This document shows positions 1-12,100 of a stretch of DNA of 64,000 bases, in pieces. A program made the translations under genes and the position numbers. Under the pieces are notes generated by a model. That model was not told the origin of the DNA. It worked only from the letters and a program-made list of their open reading frames with translations, and made no database searches. The stretch comes from Klebsormidium nitens. Its lineage: Eukaryota; Plantae; Klebsormidiophyceae. The stretch spans positions 186,001 through 250,000 of the forward strand of contig DF236993.1 of the NCBI GenBank assembly GCA_000708835.1, in the 5' to 3' direction. Every line of letters starts with the position of its first letter. Position 1 is the stretch's first letter.

Positions 1-261
1 ATGTTGTGAGCAACAACATGAAAACGGTCTCGCACAGTAGCCAGACCGCGTTCAGCAATCCAGATACCTCAAGCGAAATATGTTCGGAACGTATCTTGGA
101 CAATTGAAGCAGTCGTTTTCCGGAAGAATGCACTGATTAGGTATCCTCCGCAATCTAGAAAGCGCGGCAGCGCATCAGGCAGAAACTCATGGCAAGAGCC
201 CGACGGCCCAATGCTGGGTCTGCTCGAAGGTAAAGTGACCGACTGCAACTAAATTCTCGCT

Positions 262-325
262 ATGTCATTCCAGATGTGACTGTCGTGGAGCACCACTGCA
301 GGGCCCACGTTTCGTGCGGGCTTGA
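262..325 (-). repeat. Degenerate copy of the 3' half of the aquaporin NPA2 exon
   Basis: Translates PARNVGPAVVLHDSHIWNDI versus the authentic [20 protein letters not shown]; the GT donor is not retained. Confidence 0.8.
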
Positions 326-447
326 CCAAAGTTTCTCACCGCCCTGAATCTTCAAATGTCTTGCCTTTGAGGCACGATGAATGACAAACTCGAGGTCGGG
401 CTCACGACGTCGTCAGTGTCCAGAAAGGTGACGTCATGCGGGCTCAC

Positions 448-3400
448 CATGTCCTTCCAAATGTGGCTGTCGTTGAGCACGACCGCCGGCCCGAAGCTGC
501 GCGCGGGGTTGATCGAGACGCCGTCTACGGGGATGAGCGCAATGTGCACCACGAAGATGGAGAAGCCGATTGCCAGGGGCGCGAGGACCTGCCACGTGGC
601 ATCAAAGTATCAATACCTGGTCTTACAGTATGTTCAGAAGTGCGCGCGTGCTGGGATTTTGAGTAGACGTCTTCTACGGGGATGAGGGCAATGTGCACTG
701 CGAAAATGGGGAAGCCGATTGCCAGGGGCGCGAGGACCTGCCACGTGACAGCAAGAGAATAATCAGGGGCAAACAATTGTTTATTTCAGAGCGCGCGCGT
801 GGCACGTGATTTGACGCCGTCGACAGGGATGAGCGCAGTGGGTTCCACGAAGATCGAGAAGCCGATTGCCAGGGGCGCCAGGACCTGCCATGTGGCAGAA
901 AAAGACCGTCCAATCAGTAGTGACTGATGCTTCCGAGCTGCGCGCGTCGATGTGAGGGTTAAAATGTGAGGGTTAGCCGCCACCAAATGTGCGGTTCGCA
1001 ACAGAAAGATGGAGAAGATGTTTGCCAGAGGCGCGAGCAAACGCCACGCGGGCCCTAGGGGCAGCGGCCCAATCATGCGTCGCTCGTCTGTTAATCCGCC
1101 TAGTAGGGGCTTCACAGTAACTGTTTCGTTTCTCTGAGAGCGACATATGTGTCTATTGGTTCAAACCGTTGCATGAGAGCTTCTTTAGCCGGGTTTAAGG
1201 TCACGAGACGCGTGATAAGGATACAACCGCAATGAGGGCAAATCTCTTACGGAGAACCACCCGGAATCGGTTTCGTGCTCGGCCCTAAGCCTGAGACCCA
1301 AATAAGAAAGACCGTAACTTGGATACGCACCGGAGCTGAGGGTAATACATAAATTTAAAACTACGAAGCCGTCTTATCAGCGCAAGGGGCAGCACGGAAA
1401 GAGAACAGATCGGTGGGGCCGCCGGGTAGAAAGTTTGGAGCTTGCTTCCGATTCCTCAATTCGTTCTGGTCGACAAGTCGTATTTGGGAGCAGACACCAG
1501 GACACAGAATGAAGATGGGACCCGCATAACTGACGAGAGTTTTCCCGCAACCCCTGAGTGGACTAAAACTGCCGCCGCTTGCGATTAGCCTAGCAATTGA
1601 CGAAGTCGTCGTTCTCGCTTACCCCTAAATGAGGCGACACCTCGAGGGCGGATCGCTTGGGGTCGGTCGCCGCGAAGATGGTGTAGATGAGCACGAAAGT
1701 CCCGATGACCTCCGCCGAGAAGGCACCACCTACGAAGCAAAGGTTGAAACTCTCAGGCGGCGGCAATTTTGATCCTGGGAACCGTCTCTCGCTTACCCAA
1801 CTATATGTCTTGCCGGAATAGAGAATATTTCCTCGATTGCCCCGCACTTGCCTCGATCGCTTTAGAAGACTTCACGTTCCGCAAGTTCCAATACCTTTTC
1901 AATTTCATAAGGTAGAGACTCGTTACAGGTCACTTGCTTCAGCCAAGCGTCACAGCTCAACTTGGTAAACCAAATGGATCATTGCGCCGGAATCTACGAG
2001 CTTCAAAACTCGAGAAAATTGCTACAATCGACAAGCTCCCTGAATCGTTTGGTGCTTCTGCTCAACATAACATGATAGAAAATCTTCTCCGTACGCGTTG
2101 CTGTGTATACCCTGACCGTTCAACAATTCAGTACAACGACATCCATCCTTTTCGAATTTGACAATAAAAGGCCTTGACACTCAGCACTGTTGGGACGGCA
2201 TTTGACAATAAAAGGCCTTGAAATTCAGCACTGTTGGGACGGCATAAATGTTCGACAATATTAGATTGGAGCTATGAATGACGCACCAACTGTGTAGCCG
2301 CTCTGCACGAAGTTGCAACCGCCATACACCCGGTTGTACAACGGCGTGTTGATCTCCCTGACGATTGCAGCCCCGCAGATTGCTCCCACAACCTGACGAC
2401 AGAGGAAAGAAAGTGTCTCTTGCTCGAGCTGCAAAAAGCCCCCGGCCCACGCAAACCTTCTGACCGTCTGCATGAATGCAACCCCCAAATGTTGAAAAAT
2501 AAATCCAAGGAAGCGAGTCCTAATGCAAGTTTGTAAGCATGAAGCGCTGGTGCCCATTATCGGACGAGCAAGGCAAGGGCCGACTATTTATTTATTATCT
2601 ATTTATTTATTTATTTGCAACTCCAGCTGCATTCATATGTAACTTTTGACTTACAAATTCATAATGACGATTCAACATCATCGGTGATCGATCACTAGGA
2701 CGCCTTGCTCAACTTCTTGCAAGCGTTTAGACCAACGTTCAAGCGATCTAGTGATGCACTTCTGCTGACAAATCCGTAAGCTCAGTCGTTTGCTGACGTG
2801 TCTCTTTCGCGTGCCCAAACGTTGCGCAGACTACCTTCACGCTCTGCTCACTCTCTCTGTCCGCTCGACCAAATTTTCGAATGCATCCGTTTATGTCCAA
2901 TCGTCGCCTAGATCCTAGAAGGAATGAGACACAGAATCAAGCACCTATACATCAGAAGTAAATGCCGTTCCACAAGGTTGACGTGGATTTCTTGATGTAA
3001 ACCGCGTAGATATTTCTAGAAACTAAGGAACGACGGTCTCACTTGGGCGCACATGTACAGGAGTCCCTTGATGACGTCAATTCTGCCCGCCAGGAACATG
3101 GCAAATGTCACCGCAGGGTTAATGTGACCGCCCGACAGGCCCGCGCTCGAGTATACCAACACGAAGATGCTGCAACAAAGGGGGTGTGTGCTGGCGTCAC
3201 TTGAGCATCATGTGACGTTACTATAAGTTCTAGTGTTCGAGCTGCCCTCTTCAAAAAGCACAACCAACCGCGTTGACGGTTCTCGCTACTTATTTGCCTT
3301 GCACATAGAGTAACGAACTACTGAGAGTGAACCCACACGTGTACCGATCGTTGCAGGACCTCGGACTTGAGCACGGAGCACGTACCGACCGCTTTTGCCA

Positions 3401-5125
3401 AGTAAATACGTCTTCAAGCGTGATGCTTCGAGAGTTCTAACGCAGTGCAATTTCCTGCTTCCTCTAATCAAAACAAAAAGTCAGTGGCATCGATTCGGGC
3501 GAGCCGACCGTTGGTCAAAGCCAAGAAGGGAAAAGGACACATAAGCAGGATATGAGCAGAACTGGTCGACACAATAGCCATGAGTGTGGTCGACGTAAAA
3601 CACGCAGGGTTGCAAAGTAGGTACGCAGGTTCCTCACGTGATGCCAAACGCGAAGGCGATGCCGAAGAGCCCGACCCCTCCCGCAAACGTGAAGTTCGTG
3701 AACACGATCGCAGAGATGACAAAGAAGATGAAGAGCCCCGTGGAAAGGAACTCGACGAAGACGTCGCGCCACAGCATGGGGGTACTCAGCGCGCGGGGCT
3801 GCCACACTTTGGAGAGGAAGGTGTGGCGCCGAATGCCGACAGCTTGGAGAGTTTCATGCTGCAGTGGTGAAAGGGAGATAAGGAATGAGCTGGCACAGAA
3901 CTTCTCCAAGTCTGCTGGAGTGTGAGGGATTGATTTGTGGGTTCTGAAGCACAATATGTGGCATCATTTCTATCTTCGAGAACGACCTGATGGGAAGGTA
4001 TCGACATCCTAATCCAGATTGCTGGTTCACCTGCCGCCCTTCAGTGAGGCCATACATTTCACACAGATTGAACTAGAAAACCGTGCTCCTTCTCCTGCTT
4101 CTTTGAGTTCGCATACTTGTGACGAATCTTGCCGCTGAACACCTCGATGTGCCAAAGTCAAGTTGCCAGCTCAGCTTGGAAGAGTCACTGCTAGATTATA
4201 CAGTGCTTCGGAAACACTACGTGGCATGAGTTGTGGAGCCCTCTGACTGCACTACACAAGGGCAGGGAAAACAAACGAAAAGGGAAGTACTGGGTGGAAT
4301 CCTTAAAGCAGATATGTTCGAGTATGTGCAAGCCATTCGATAAATTGCAGCAGTCATTTTGCAATTGCATTTTGTGATTCGCTTTGTGAAGGGCTAGCAC
4401 GTCTGATAGGAAAGAAACTCTCTTGAAGAAACTTGAAAAGCCAGGGAAGGGGCGGTTGTTGAAGCTAATGCATGCTAGTCATTAGTAGATAGATGTCCAG
4501 CCAGTGCAATGTGTTCAAAGGGTACGCTTGAACCCGGAGTAGCCCTGGTCAAGCACAAGTGAAGTGATGTATCAATCAACACAGGAGCCTTGTATGAATA
4601 AGGTCCCCATGCATGTAAGGCTCCCTCAGACAAACATTATATCCACAGGGGAACTGCATACAGCCCAGGCTTGAAAAGCACTCAGTGAAATTTTTTCATG
4701 ACAGCGGAGTGCAATCCAGATTGTTTGTCCTTGAATTGCACCTCAGAAACAGACTTGTCTATTTTGATCAGACGACCCAGCAGCTCAGAACAGTAAGGGA
4801 GAAGCGCTGCATGCACTCACAACGATCATGGCCCCACCATCAATTGACAAAAACCCTGCTCAGAAGAAAGCCACAAATAGGACGCGAAAGAGGAAATGAA
4901 GACACAACAAGAGAGGGGGAGGCAATAGAAAGCACTCACATCTGTTGCGGCCCCTGCATGGACCCCATGGGCCTCCTTGACTGTGAACCCGCTCTCCAGG
5001 TCCACATGGTGTCCACCTGCTGGTGGGGGAGCGCTGACGGTGTTGGCTGGCAAAGAGGATGCGGGAAAGTTGCGCACCGATAGCACGCTGTCTCCTGTAG
5101 CAACGTGCATTCCACTGGACGCCAT
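448..5125 (-). CDS. PIP-like aquaporin (MIP family), multi-exon; last exon not located (probably near or beyond the left edge)
   Basis: Exons 5125-4940, 3858-3638, 3169-3043, 2392-2287, 1729-1623, 588-448 join in frame through GT-AG introns. They give [10 protein letters not shown] (NPA1), [38 protein letters not shown] and [12 protein letters not shown] (NPA2). Confidence 0.93.
670..895 (-). repeat. Two degenerate tandem copies of the acceptor plus 5' half of the aquaporin NPA2 exon
   Basis: TGGCAG|GTCCT(C/G)GCGCCCCTGGCAATCGGCTTC occurs with exon starts at 884, 737 and 588 (spacing about 148 bp). Only the 588 copy continues to NPA2. Confidence 0.9.
2156..2245. repeat. Intronic 44-bp tandem duplication
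   Basis: atttgacaataaaaggccttga..tcagcactgttgggacggc x2. Confidence 0.9.
2585..2616. repeat. (TATT)n microsatellite
   Basis: Imperfect TATT run in an aquaporin intron. Confidence 0.8.
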
Positions 5126-6184
5126 CTTCGCAATTGGTGACCCAGTTGAAACTTGGAATTGTATGGTCACCAATGAAGACTTGTGACTACTGCCGGCAGC
5201 TTAGTGACGTCGCCCTTGAGTGATCAAACACAACGTTTGAAGCTTACACTAACTGGTAAGTTTGGCCCTTACAATACTATATTGATGCAAGCAAGGTGCA
5301 ACAACACAATTAATTCTAGAAGCCAAATGTTGTGAATGAAGGCGAATAAGCTGTGCATCGATTGGACACGGCACTATGCCGGGAACTTCTAAGGTGACAG
5401 TCCAGTGACAGTGAAGAGAGGAGGACTGTCTACAATGCAACAGGCTCTGATGCAAACTCTTGTTTTCTAGCTAGAACGGCCGTGCATGTAGCGTACAAGC
5501 CTGAAGAGGGCCCCGCTACTTCTGCCCGCTAGGATGTAAAACTTTGCCCTTTTTCTTGCAGGGCTTGCTGCAATCAGCAATTGGAATGGATGTGATTGGT
5601 TTCCTGCAAACGCCTCCCACTTTGGCCCTGCTCGTGCTGTGGCGCCACTGCTAGAAAGCAGCTGGTTGCTTTTGGACAGTCGTGCTGGCACTGCAGCTGC
5701 ACGATTGGTTTCAACCCCTGCACTTTCGCGCTTGCTCATGATCGTCATCGTCATCCAAAAGGAAGCAATCTGATCTGCTCATGATTTGCAGCGGCCAGCC
5801 TGCTCCCTTCTACAACTTCAAGTGCGCACTGCACAGTCCAAGCCTTGACACAAGTTCACAAACCACAGGTGTCGGTGCTAGCTGTCCCGGTCGAGATCAG
5901 TTCGAGGAATCTGTTCTGGCAGGAATTGATTGGCCAAAGCAGGCACGGGGTTCACGTGGATACAAGTTCCGCAATGATTGGCAATCAACCCGCATATATT
6001 GCTTCAAAGCGTACGGTAATGGTTCTTGCTGTGAGATCTGTGCTTGAGCCTTTAGTGCAGCTCAATTCTCATCTAAGTTTTCACTGACTCTCAAGTTTCA
6101 GAGCTGGTTGTAGCAATTGCACATCTCTTGAGGGCGTTCAAAATGCTTCATTGCGCTTGAAAGACTGCACGAAGAGCTACAATT

Positions 6185-9100
6185 ATGGCTCAAAAACGCA
6201 AGTTTCAAAAGGGTGGGAAGAATCAGAAGCAAAAGGAGGCTTTCGGGCAAGGCAAAAAACAAAAGAAAGCCTTTGAGAGAAAGAAAGGTAGGCAAAGTCC
6301 GCACCACCACCATCGAGACAGTTGGACCCAACCCTTCTTTTAAGTGGAATCTTTGAGCTGGCGCAATCGTGCACTTACTCGCTAAAGGAAAATGCTGAAG
6401 GAGTGGCAGCTTTGCAAAAATGAAGTCACAGTTTATGATTCTTTTAAAGATATTTAAAAAACACCAGCTTTTGTGTACAAACTGGCAGTATTGTGTACAT
6501 GTACCTGAATTGACCATGTAGATCAGCACACGGGCAGGACAAAAAACTGCCGAATCACCAGGAAACGCAGTGTCAGCGTTCACGAGACTCTAGTAATGCA
6601 CACAAAAAAACAACGACGTGCAAGACTTTATATTGACTTGGTGTTGAATTGCTGCAGGCGCGCCGACGCCCGCGCCTGCCCCCCCTTCCAGCAGCGACGA
6701 GGAGAGCGGGGATGAGCTTCCTGAGCTGGCGGGGGGTGCGTCTGCTTACCAGGCGCTCCTCAGCCAGCTGCACTCGTCAGGGGGGCGTAATGCGCAGGCC
6801 ATGCAGCAGAGGTGCGTTACAGGGGTGGTGTAGTTTGTCTTCTTGATGCCCACAGTGGTTGTGAGCCATAAGTGATCTCTCTTGTGGCATATCCCGCTTG
6901 CAATGTTATCAAACCTTATTTTCTATGACGCAGTTTCTCCATTTGCTTCCTTTTTAGTATGTAGGGTCATATGAAGTTCGAGAGCGGTACAATCCTGGGA
7001 CAGGAAATCATGGAGTCCGCAGATCAATTGCGCTTGAGAGGATTTGGCATCGGCAGAGTTTCTGCTTCCGCCCTAGTCAGGGCTCCAATCTGCAGATGTA
7101 GAAAAGGTAAAGGGAGTTGAAGAAACGAAATTATGGAGACATTGAAACCTGTAAAACTGAACCCTGCAGGTTGAAGGAACAGCAGGGGGGAGACACAGAT
7201 AGCGAGTCCGAAGAGGACGTTCCTCAGGGGGAGGAGGAAGCCGACGACGATTCGGCAGAGAGCGAATTAGGCCACGATGAGGCAGGGAATGAGCTCGATG
7301 AAAGTGCATTCCTAGACGATCTGGGGAGCGGTTTAGAAGATGGGGAAACAGGCGATGAGGGGAGTGAGGGTGAAGAAAGTGAGGGTAAAGAGAGTGAGGG
7401 GGATGAAAGTGAGGGGGAAGAAAGCGGAGGCGAGGACGAGAAAGCAATGGATGGGGTTGGTAAACAGGATGGAGAAGGCTCGGATGAAGACACCGAAGCT
7501 GGAGGGGAAGACGTTGGGGTGGAGAGCGATGAGGATGATGAGAGGGGGGGGCCAGAGAGTGATGAGGAAGAAAGGCGGGCGAGTAACGGGGATGCAAGCA
7601 CGAGCGCAGTGCCAGAGTGAGTCCTCGTGGCTGTTGTGCCCCGGTGCTTCCGTAATTTCATCTTATCATGCAGAGTTCGTCCGGATTTATGTAGGTCGAT
7701 GCAGGGTTTGAATGCAGACGTAGCCGATCTTTTTGCATCTTTGTGAATTTATTGTGTACTCCGAAATGGATGTGAAGGTTGGGAGATATTGCTCGAGAGT
7801 TCGCTTTTCCCGGGCACGCACTCATGTTGAGAGTTTGTGAACGTTCCGCTTCCCGCAGCCCATTCGAAGTCCACATGGGCCGCCAACTGACCGAGTCCGA
7901 GGTCGCCCTTTTGGGCGAGGGATCCCTCCGCAAGTTCTCAAACTCCGCTCCTGCCGAGGGGCTCTCGGATGCTCAGTGGCTATGCGACCGGGGGGACCTA
8001 CCGGACACTCTTAAAGGCCTGGAGGATGCCCGGTTGAGGCCCCGGTTGGCGGAGCGATGGAGGCAGCTGCGCAAGAAGGCGGGGAAGAAGGGCGACTTTG
8101 ATTCGCCACTCCAGGCGCAGTTCTTCACCTACTGTGAGCGCCAGTGCGAGTGTATATTAAGAGCGGAGCGCCACATTGTTTGACGTTTAAGGGTTTGGAC
8201 GAGTCCGTTCGAAATTGTGTTTGACAGTCCAGCATCGGCTTTGTCGGGGATCCTAGCGCAGCGCTTTTGAATCAGCGCGGTTCGTTCAAACAAGCAGAGG
8301 GGGACTGCATGGAAGGCAGAAGATGATGCGAGGTCGTCTACATGGTGTAATGAAGCGCCATCGAAATAGCATTCCGAGCAATTTGAAGCTAGCAATGCTT
8401 CAGCATCTTAGCAGGTCCGTGTGCGGCGAGCATTTGCGTAGTCCTTGCTATCCACTAAAAAGAGAAGTCCGCACGAGCCCTCAGTTGGGTCACGACGTCG
8501 TCTCGCTTGTTCACAACACAAATTCATTCCTCCGTCATCCTTGATTGCCCTTCGAATCGACTGCCTTCTTTCTCCGACTCTTTCAGTTGGTTCGGCAGAG
8601 CTAGACTGAGGAAGATTGGCCAAGAATGGCGACGAAAATGGTCCCGACAGAAAAATGAGAGAAGACACAATCAAGAAGGCACTAGCAAGTATCAAGATGA
8701 GATGCATGCCAAAGTTTCTCGGCTGCTAAACATCTAGATGCAAGGAATGCTTGAAAGGCAGTCAACTGTTGATTATCAACTCGCTTGAGCATCCTGCGAA
8801 TTAAAGGCTCGGAAACCTTCTTTTCTGCAGGCGCTCACTACCACGACATTTTCCACCACCAGAAGCCCCTCCCGGGGAGTCGGCCCGGGGCGTCCGAGGA
8901 GTCGGACAGCATTTCGGACGCAGTGCTGCTTCACACTGTAAGAACGCCCCAGAGACATTCTAGATACTTTCCTATAGCATGAGTATTGGGAAGAGCTGGG
9001 CCGTTCGGTGTTGGAAGATAGTGCTAGGGAGAGGGTGTTGATATCTAATTTGAACGTGAAGGCAAGGGAGTGCGGGTCTTCTCGCCTTCTGAGGACGATT

Positions 9101-12100
9101 CTGGGCGACGGTTTAGGACTGTGGGGGTTTGGAGCGACCTTACCGGGCAACATTCAATTCGTCACTCCAAGATCGTATAAGTAGTTTTCTTTTTTGAGAG
9201 TGGAGGCGACAATTGCGGTTGGGCAGAATCTGCTGTAACCGCAAGCATTAGAGTCTCAACCTCGGATCAAACCCTTGCCGGGTAAGATTTGACTGCAGCT
9301 ACAACCATTGCTCTGAGTTGTGGAAGCTTATCAATGCATTGCGTTCCTCAGAGCGACAATAGTGTTTTGCCAGTCAAGAGCTCATGAAAATCAACTGACG
9401 CTGTAAACCCCTCGCAAGCACGCTCGCACATTCATTTATTCGTTTGTACCAATCGCAGCTGAACCACGTGATCAAGGCAATCATCGTCGTGCCTATGTGA
9501 GCTCATTGTGACGTTACGAAAAAGGTACAAACCTCCCGCAAGCACGCTCGCGACATATCTCGGCTCGCTTCTGCTGACTGCAGCTGAACCACGTGATCAA
9601 GACGCGCGAGCGCATCGTCAAGAACAACACGAAGCTGCACAAAAAGCCGAGCGCCGACACGGACGCCGCCGGGCGGGAGGAGGGGCCTGCGGACACGCTT
9701 CCGGACGACACGGCGCCGCGGGACCAGGGGTTTACGCGGCCGAAGGTTGGTGCCTTTTACGCAACAAAAGTATCCAGGTCTGTGCGGACCGAATCTGAAA
9801 CGTCTGAGTCAGTATTAGTCTGGTCAGCGGGCCACTGCCACGTGCACTCTTGGTTTGCTCTCAACAGCTGTGTTCGGTTCCGCCGGCCTGCCATTGTTGG
9901 GGTGCCATTTCTGGGTGCACACATCGAGCCGGGACTATAGTGCAGCGGCAGGCTTCCGTCCCCCGCTGCTTATGCTTTCCCGCCACATCCCTTTCGTCTG
10001 TGTGAAAACCAGGTCTGGAACCATTCTTCTCCTCGCGTCCAGTCAGTGCTGTCCGAGGAGGGCTCTGAGCTGAGAGGGGGGTCGCGTTTTGCTTGGTTGA
10101 TGTTGGGGGTGAGAGAGGGGAAGGGACGTGTTTGAAGAGTCAAATGCGAGGAGTTCAAAAGTGGCTATAGAACGAAGGTGCTTCGAGGATCCTTTATCGG
10201 ATACTGTTGGGCGTGTAGTTGCAAATTACGAGTATGTCAGCAACCCGCAGGATCTTTAGCGTGATAGCGGACGACCTCAAGAAACAAGAAACAGAACCAC
10301 GGGGAGATTGCTAGTTTGAGCTTGAAGAAGGACAAGACGGAAAAAAGCTTCAGAGTGACGTCACTCAAAAGGCAGAAGGGGGATGGGAGGAAGAGGACGA
10401 AGCAGCTCCTCGAAGCCTTGCACTCTCTCCGCTCAATCGCCCGATTACGAGCGCAGCTGAACCTTCGTGCGGGGTCATAATTCCCCCCAAGAAACAGCCA
10501 CTTTGTAACTCAGCGCGCGCGTTTTACCTTCCAGGTGCTGATCGTGCTGCCGTACCGCAGCGTGGCTCTCAAGGTCGTCAAGCGCATGCTGGATCTGCTG
10601 CCGCCAGCCCAGAAGGTGAGGTCCGCCGTCGAGCAAAGAGTTGCTAGAGTGTCCGCACTCGCTTGATTCCCCAGCGCAGTCAGGGTTTGCACCGGTCCCG
10701 TGCTTTCCAACGGGTCGAGTACAGGCGGGTGTCTGCTGCGATCCCAGACATTCAATGCCTCACGGAAATGCTGGACCTAGAGTTCTGGAATCTAAGAGTC
10801 TCTTTCTGCCCGGGAAACGCCAGCAGTTCGGGGCGTGCCCAGGCTATCCATCTCACGTCTTCAAAATGTTTCCAGTATTCTGCGTGTATTGTGTGGTTTT
10901 ACTCCTTGACGACCTGTTTTGCTTCTTGCCTCTTTCTGCAACCGATTGAACTTAAAGGAGAGGACCCAGTGCGATTGCCATTCGTTGGGCGTCTTCGGAG
11001 CCAGTTTATTACATTTGTCGTAATAAGCTGTCGTATCATCTCGTTCACACCAGAATGATGATTAGCATTCACGTTGATCCTGAGGAGTGTGCAGTCTGCA
11101 CACCGTCTCAGTCGGGAACGTCGAACGTCAGTGTGGGTTACCCTCCGAGAGTCCCAAGAGCTTCGGTACTAGTCAGGAGGAGACGGCTTGACAAACGGCA
11201 GCAACGTTTGTGCAGGACAGTGTATATCCATTGATCCATCTTCTTGATTCTTTTGAGTGCCCTTCAGCCACCTGTAAGCCGGAGCGTTTTCCTTCCATTC
11301 TGCTCATTGACCATCTCGGACTTTCCACTAAACCCCAGGTTATCGTCTCAGATTACCGTGGAGCACGAGGCGCGCTTTCTGGACGACTTTGGCGTGGAGG
11401 AAGATGAAGAGGCGGAGGCGCTGCTACAAAAGGCTAAGAAGCAGAAGAAAGGTGCGCGAGCATCTCTTGTGCGCTCTTATATACGGGCCCCCGTTCGTCC
11501 AGTACGTAGTGCATGAGCTAAGCGGACGGTGAGTTGCATTTCAGTTGACGGGTTCGAAGCTGCGCACTTTTCCAGCAAGGATGCCACGGAGAGGCGGAGG
11601 CGCTGCTGCAAAAGGCCAGAAAGGGGAAGAAAGGTGTGCGAGCATCTCTTATGCTGTCTATATGCGGGCCCCAATACGTAGTGGAAGAGCTAAGCGGACG
11701 GTCTGAGTTGCTTTCTAATCGACGGTTCGAATTTGCGTGAATCGTCCGGCAAGGATGTTGTGAAGAGGCGGCGGCGCTGCTGCAAGGCCAAGAAGCAGAA
11801 GAAAGGTGCGCGAGCTAGGTAGTTTACCTAGCCTTGGTTTCTGCTTGCAAAGAACGGCCGCACAATCGCCATTCCGTATGGTAGACGCATGCCACTTGTT
11901 AACGTTTCATACCTGCTTATATTACCTGCTTGTAACCATAGACGAATCTGTGACTCTCTTTTAAATAAGAAGAGTTTTCATAAGTTGTTCCGATGTGCTG
12001 AAGGGCGGAATACCGGCGTAGCAGCGCGCTCTGTTTGGCGGCAACATTGAGCATTTGACTTCTCAACCGTACGCCATCTTTCAACGTTTTCCAAGTTTAT

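Noticed and set aside
170-225. Candidate last aquaporin exon (TQHWAVGLLP*)
   Set aside because: Does not match the expected PIP helix-6 WIFWVGP motif; the true exon is probably outside the window.
7073-7711. Long overlapping ORFs (174, 145 and 123 aa)
   Set aside because: Shadow frames of the low-complexity acidic UTP25 exon.
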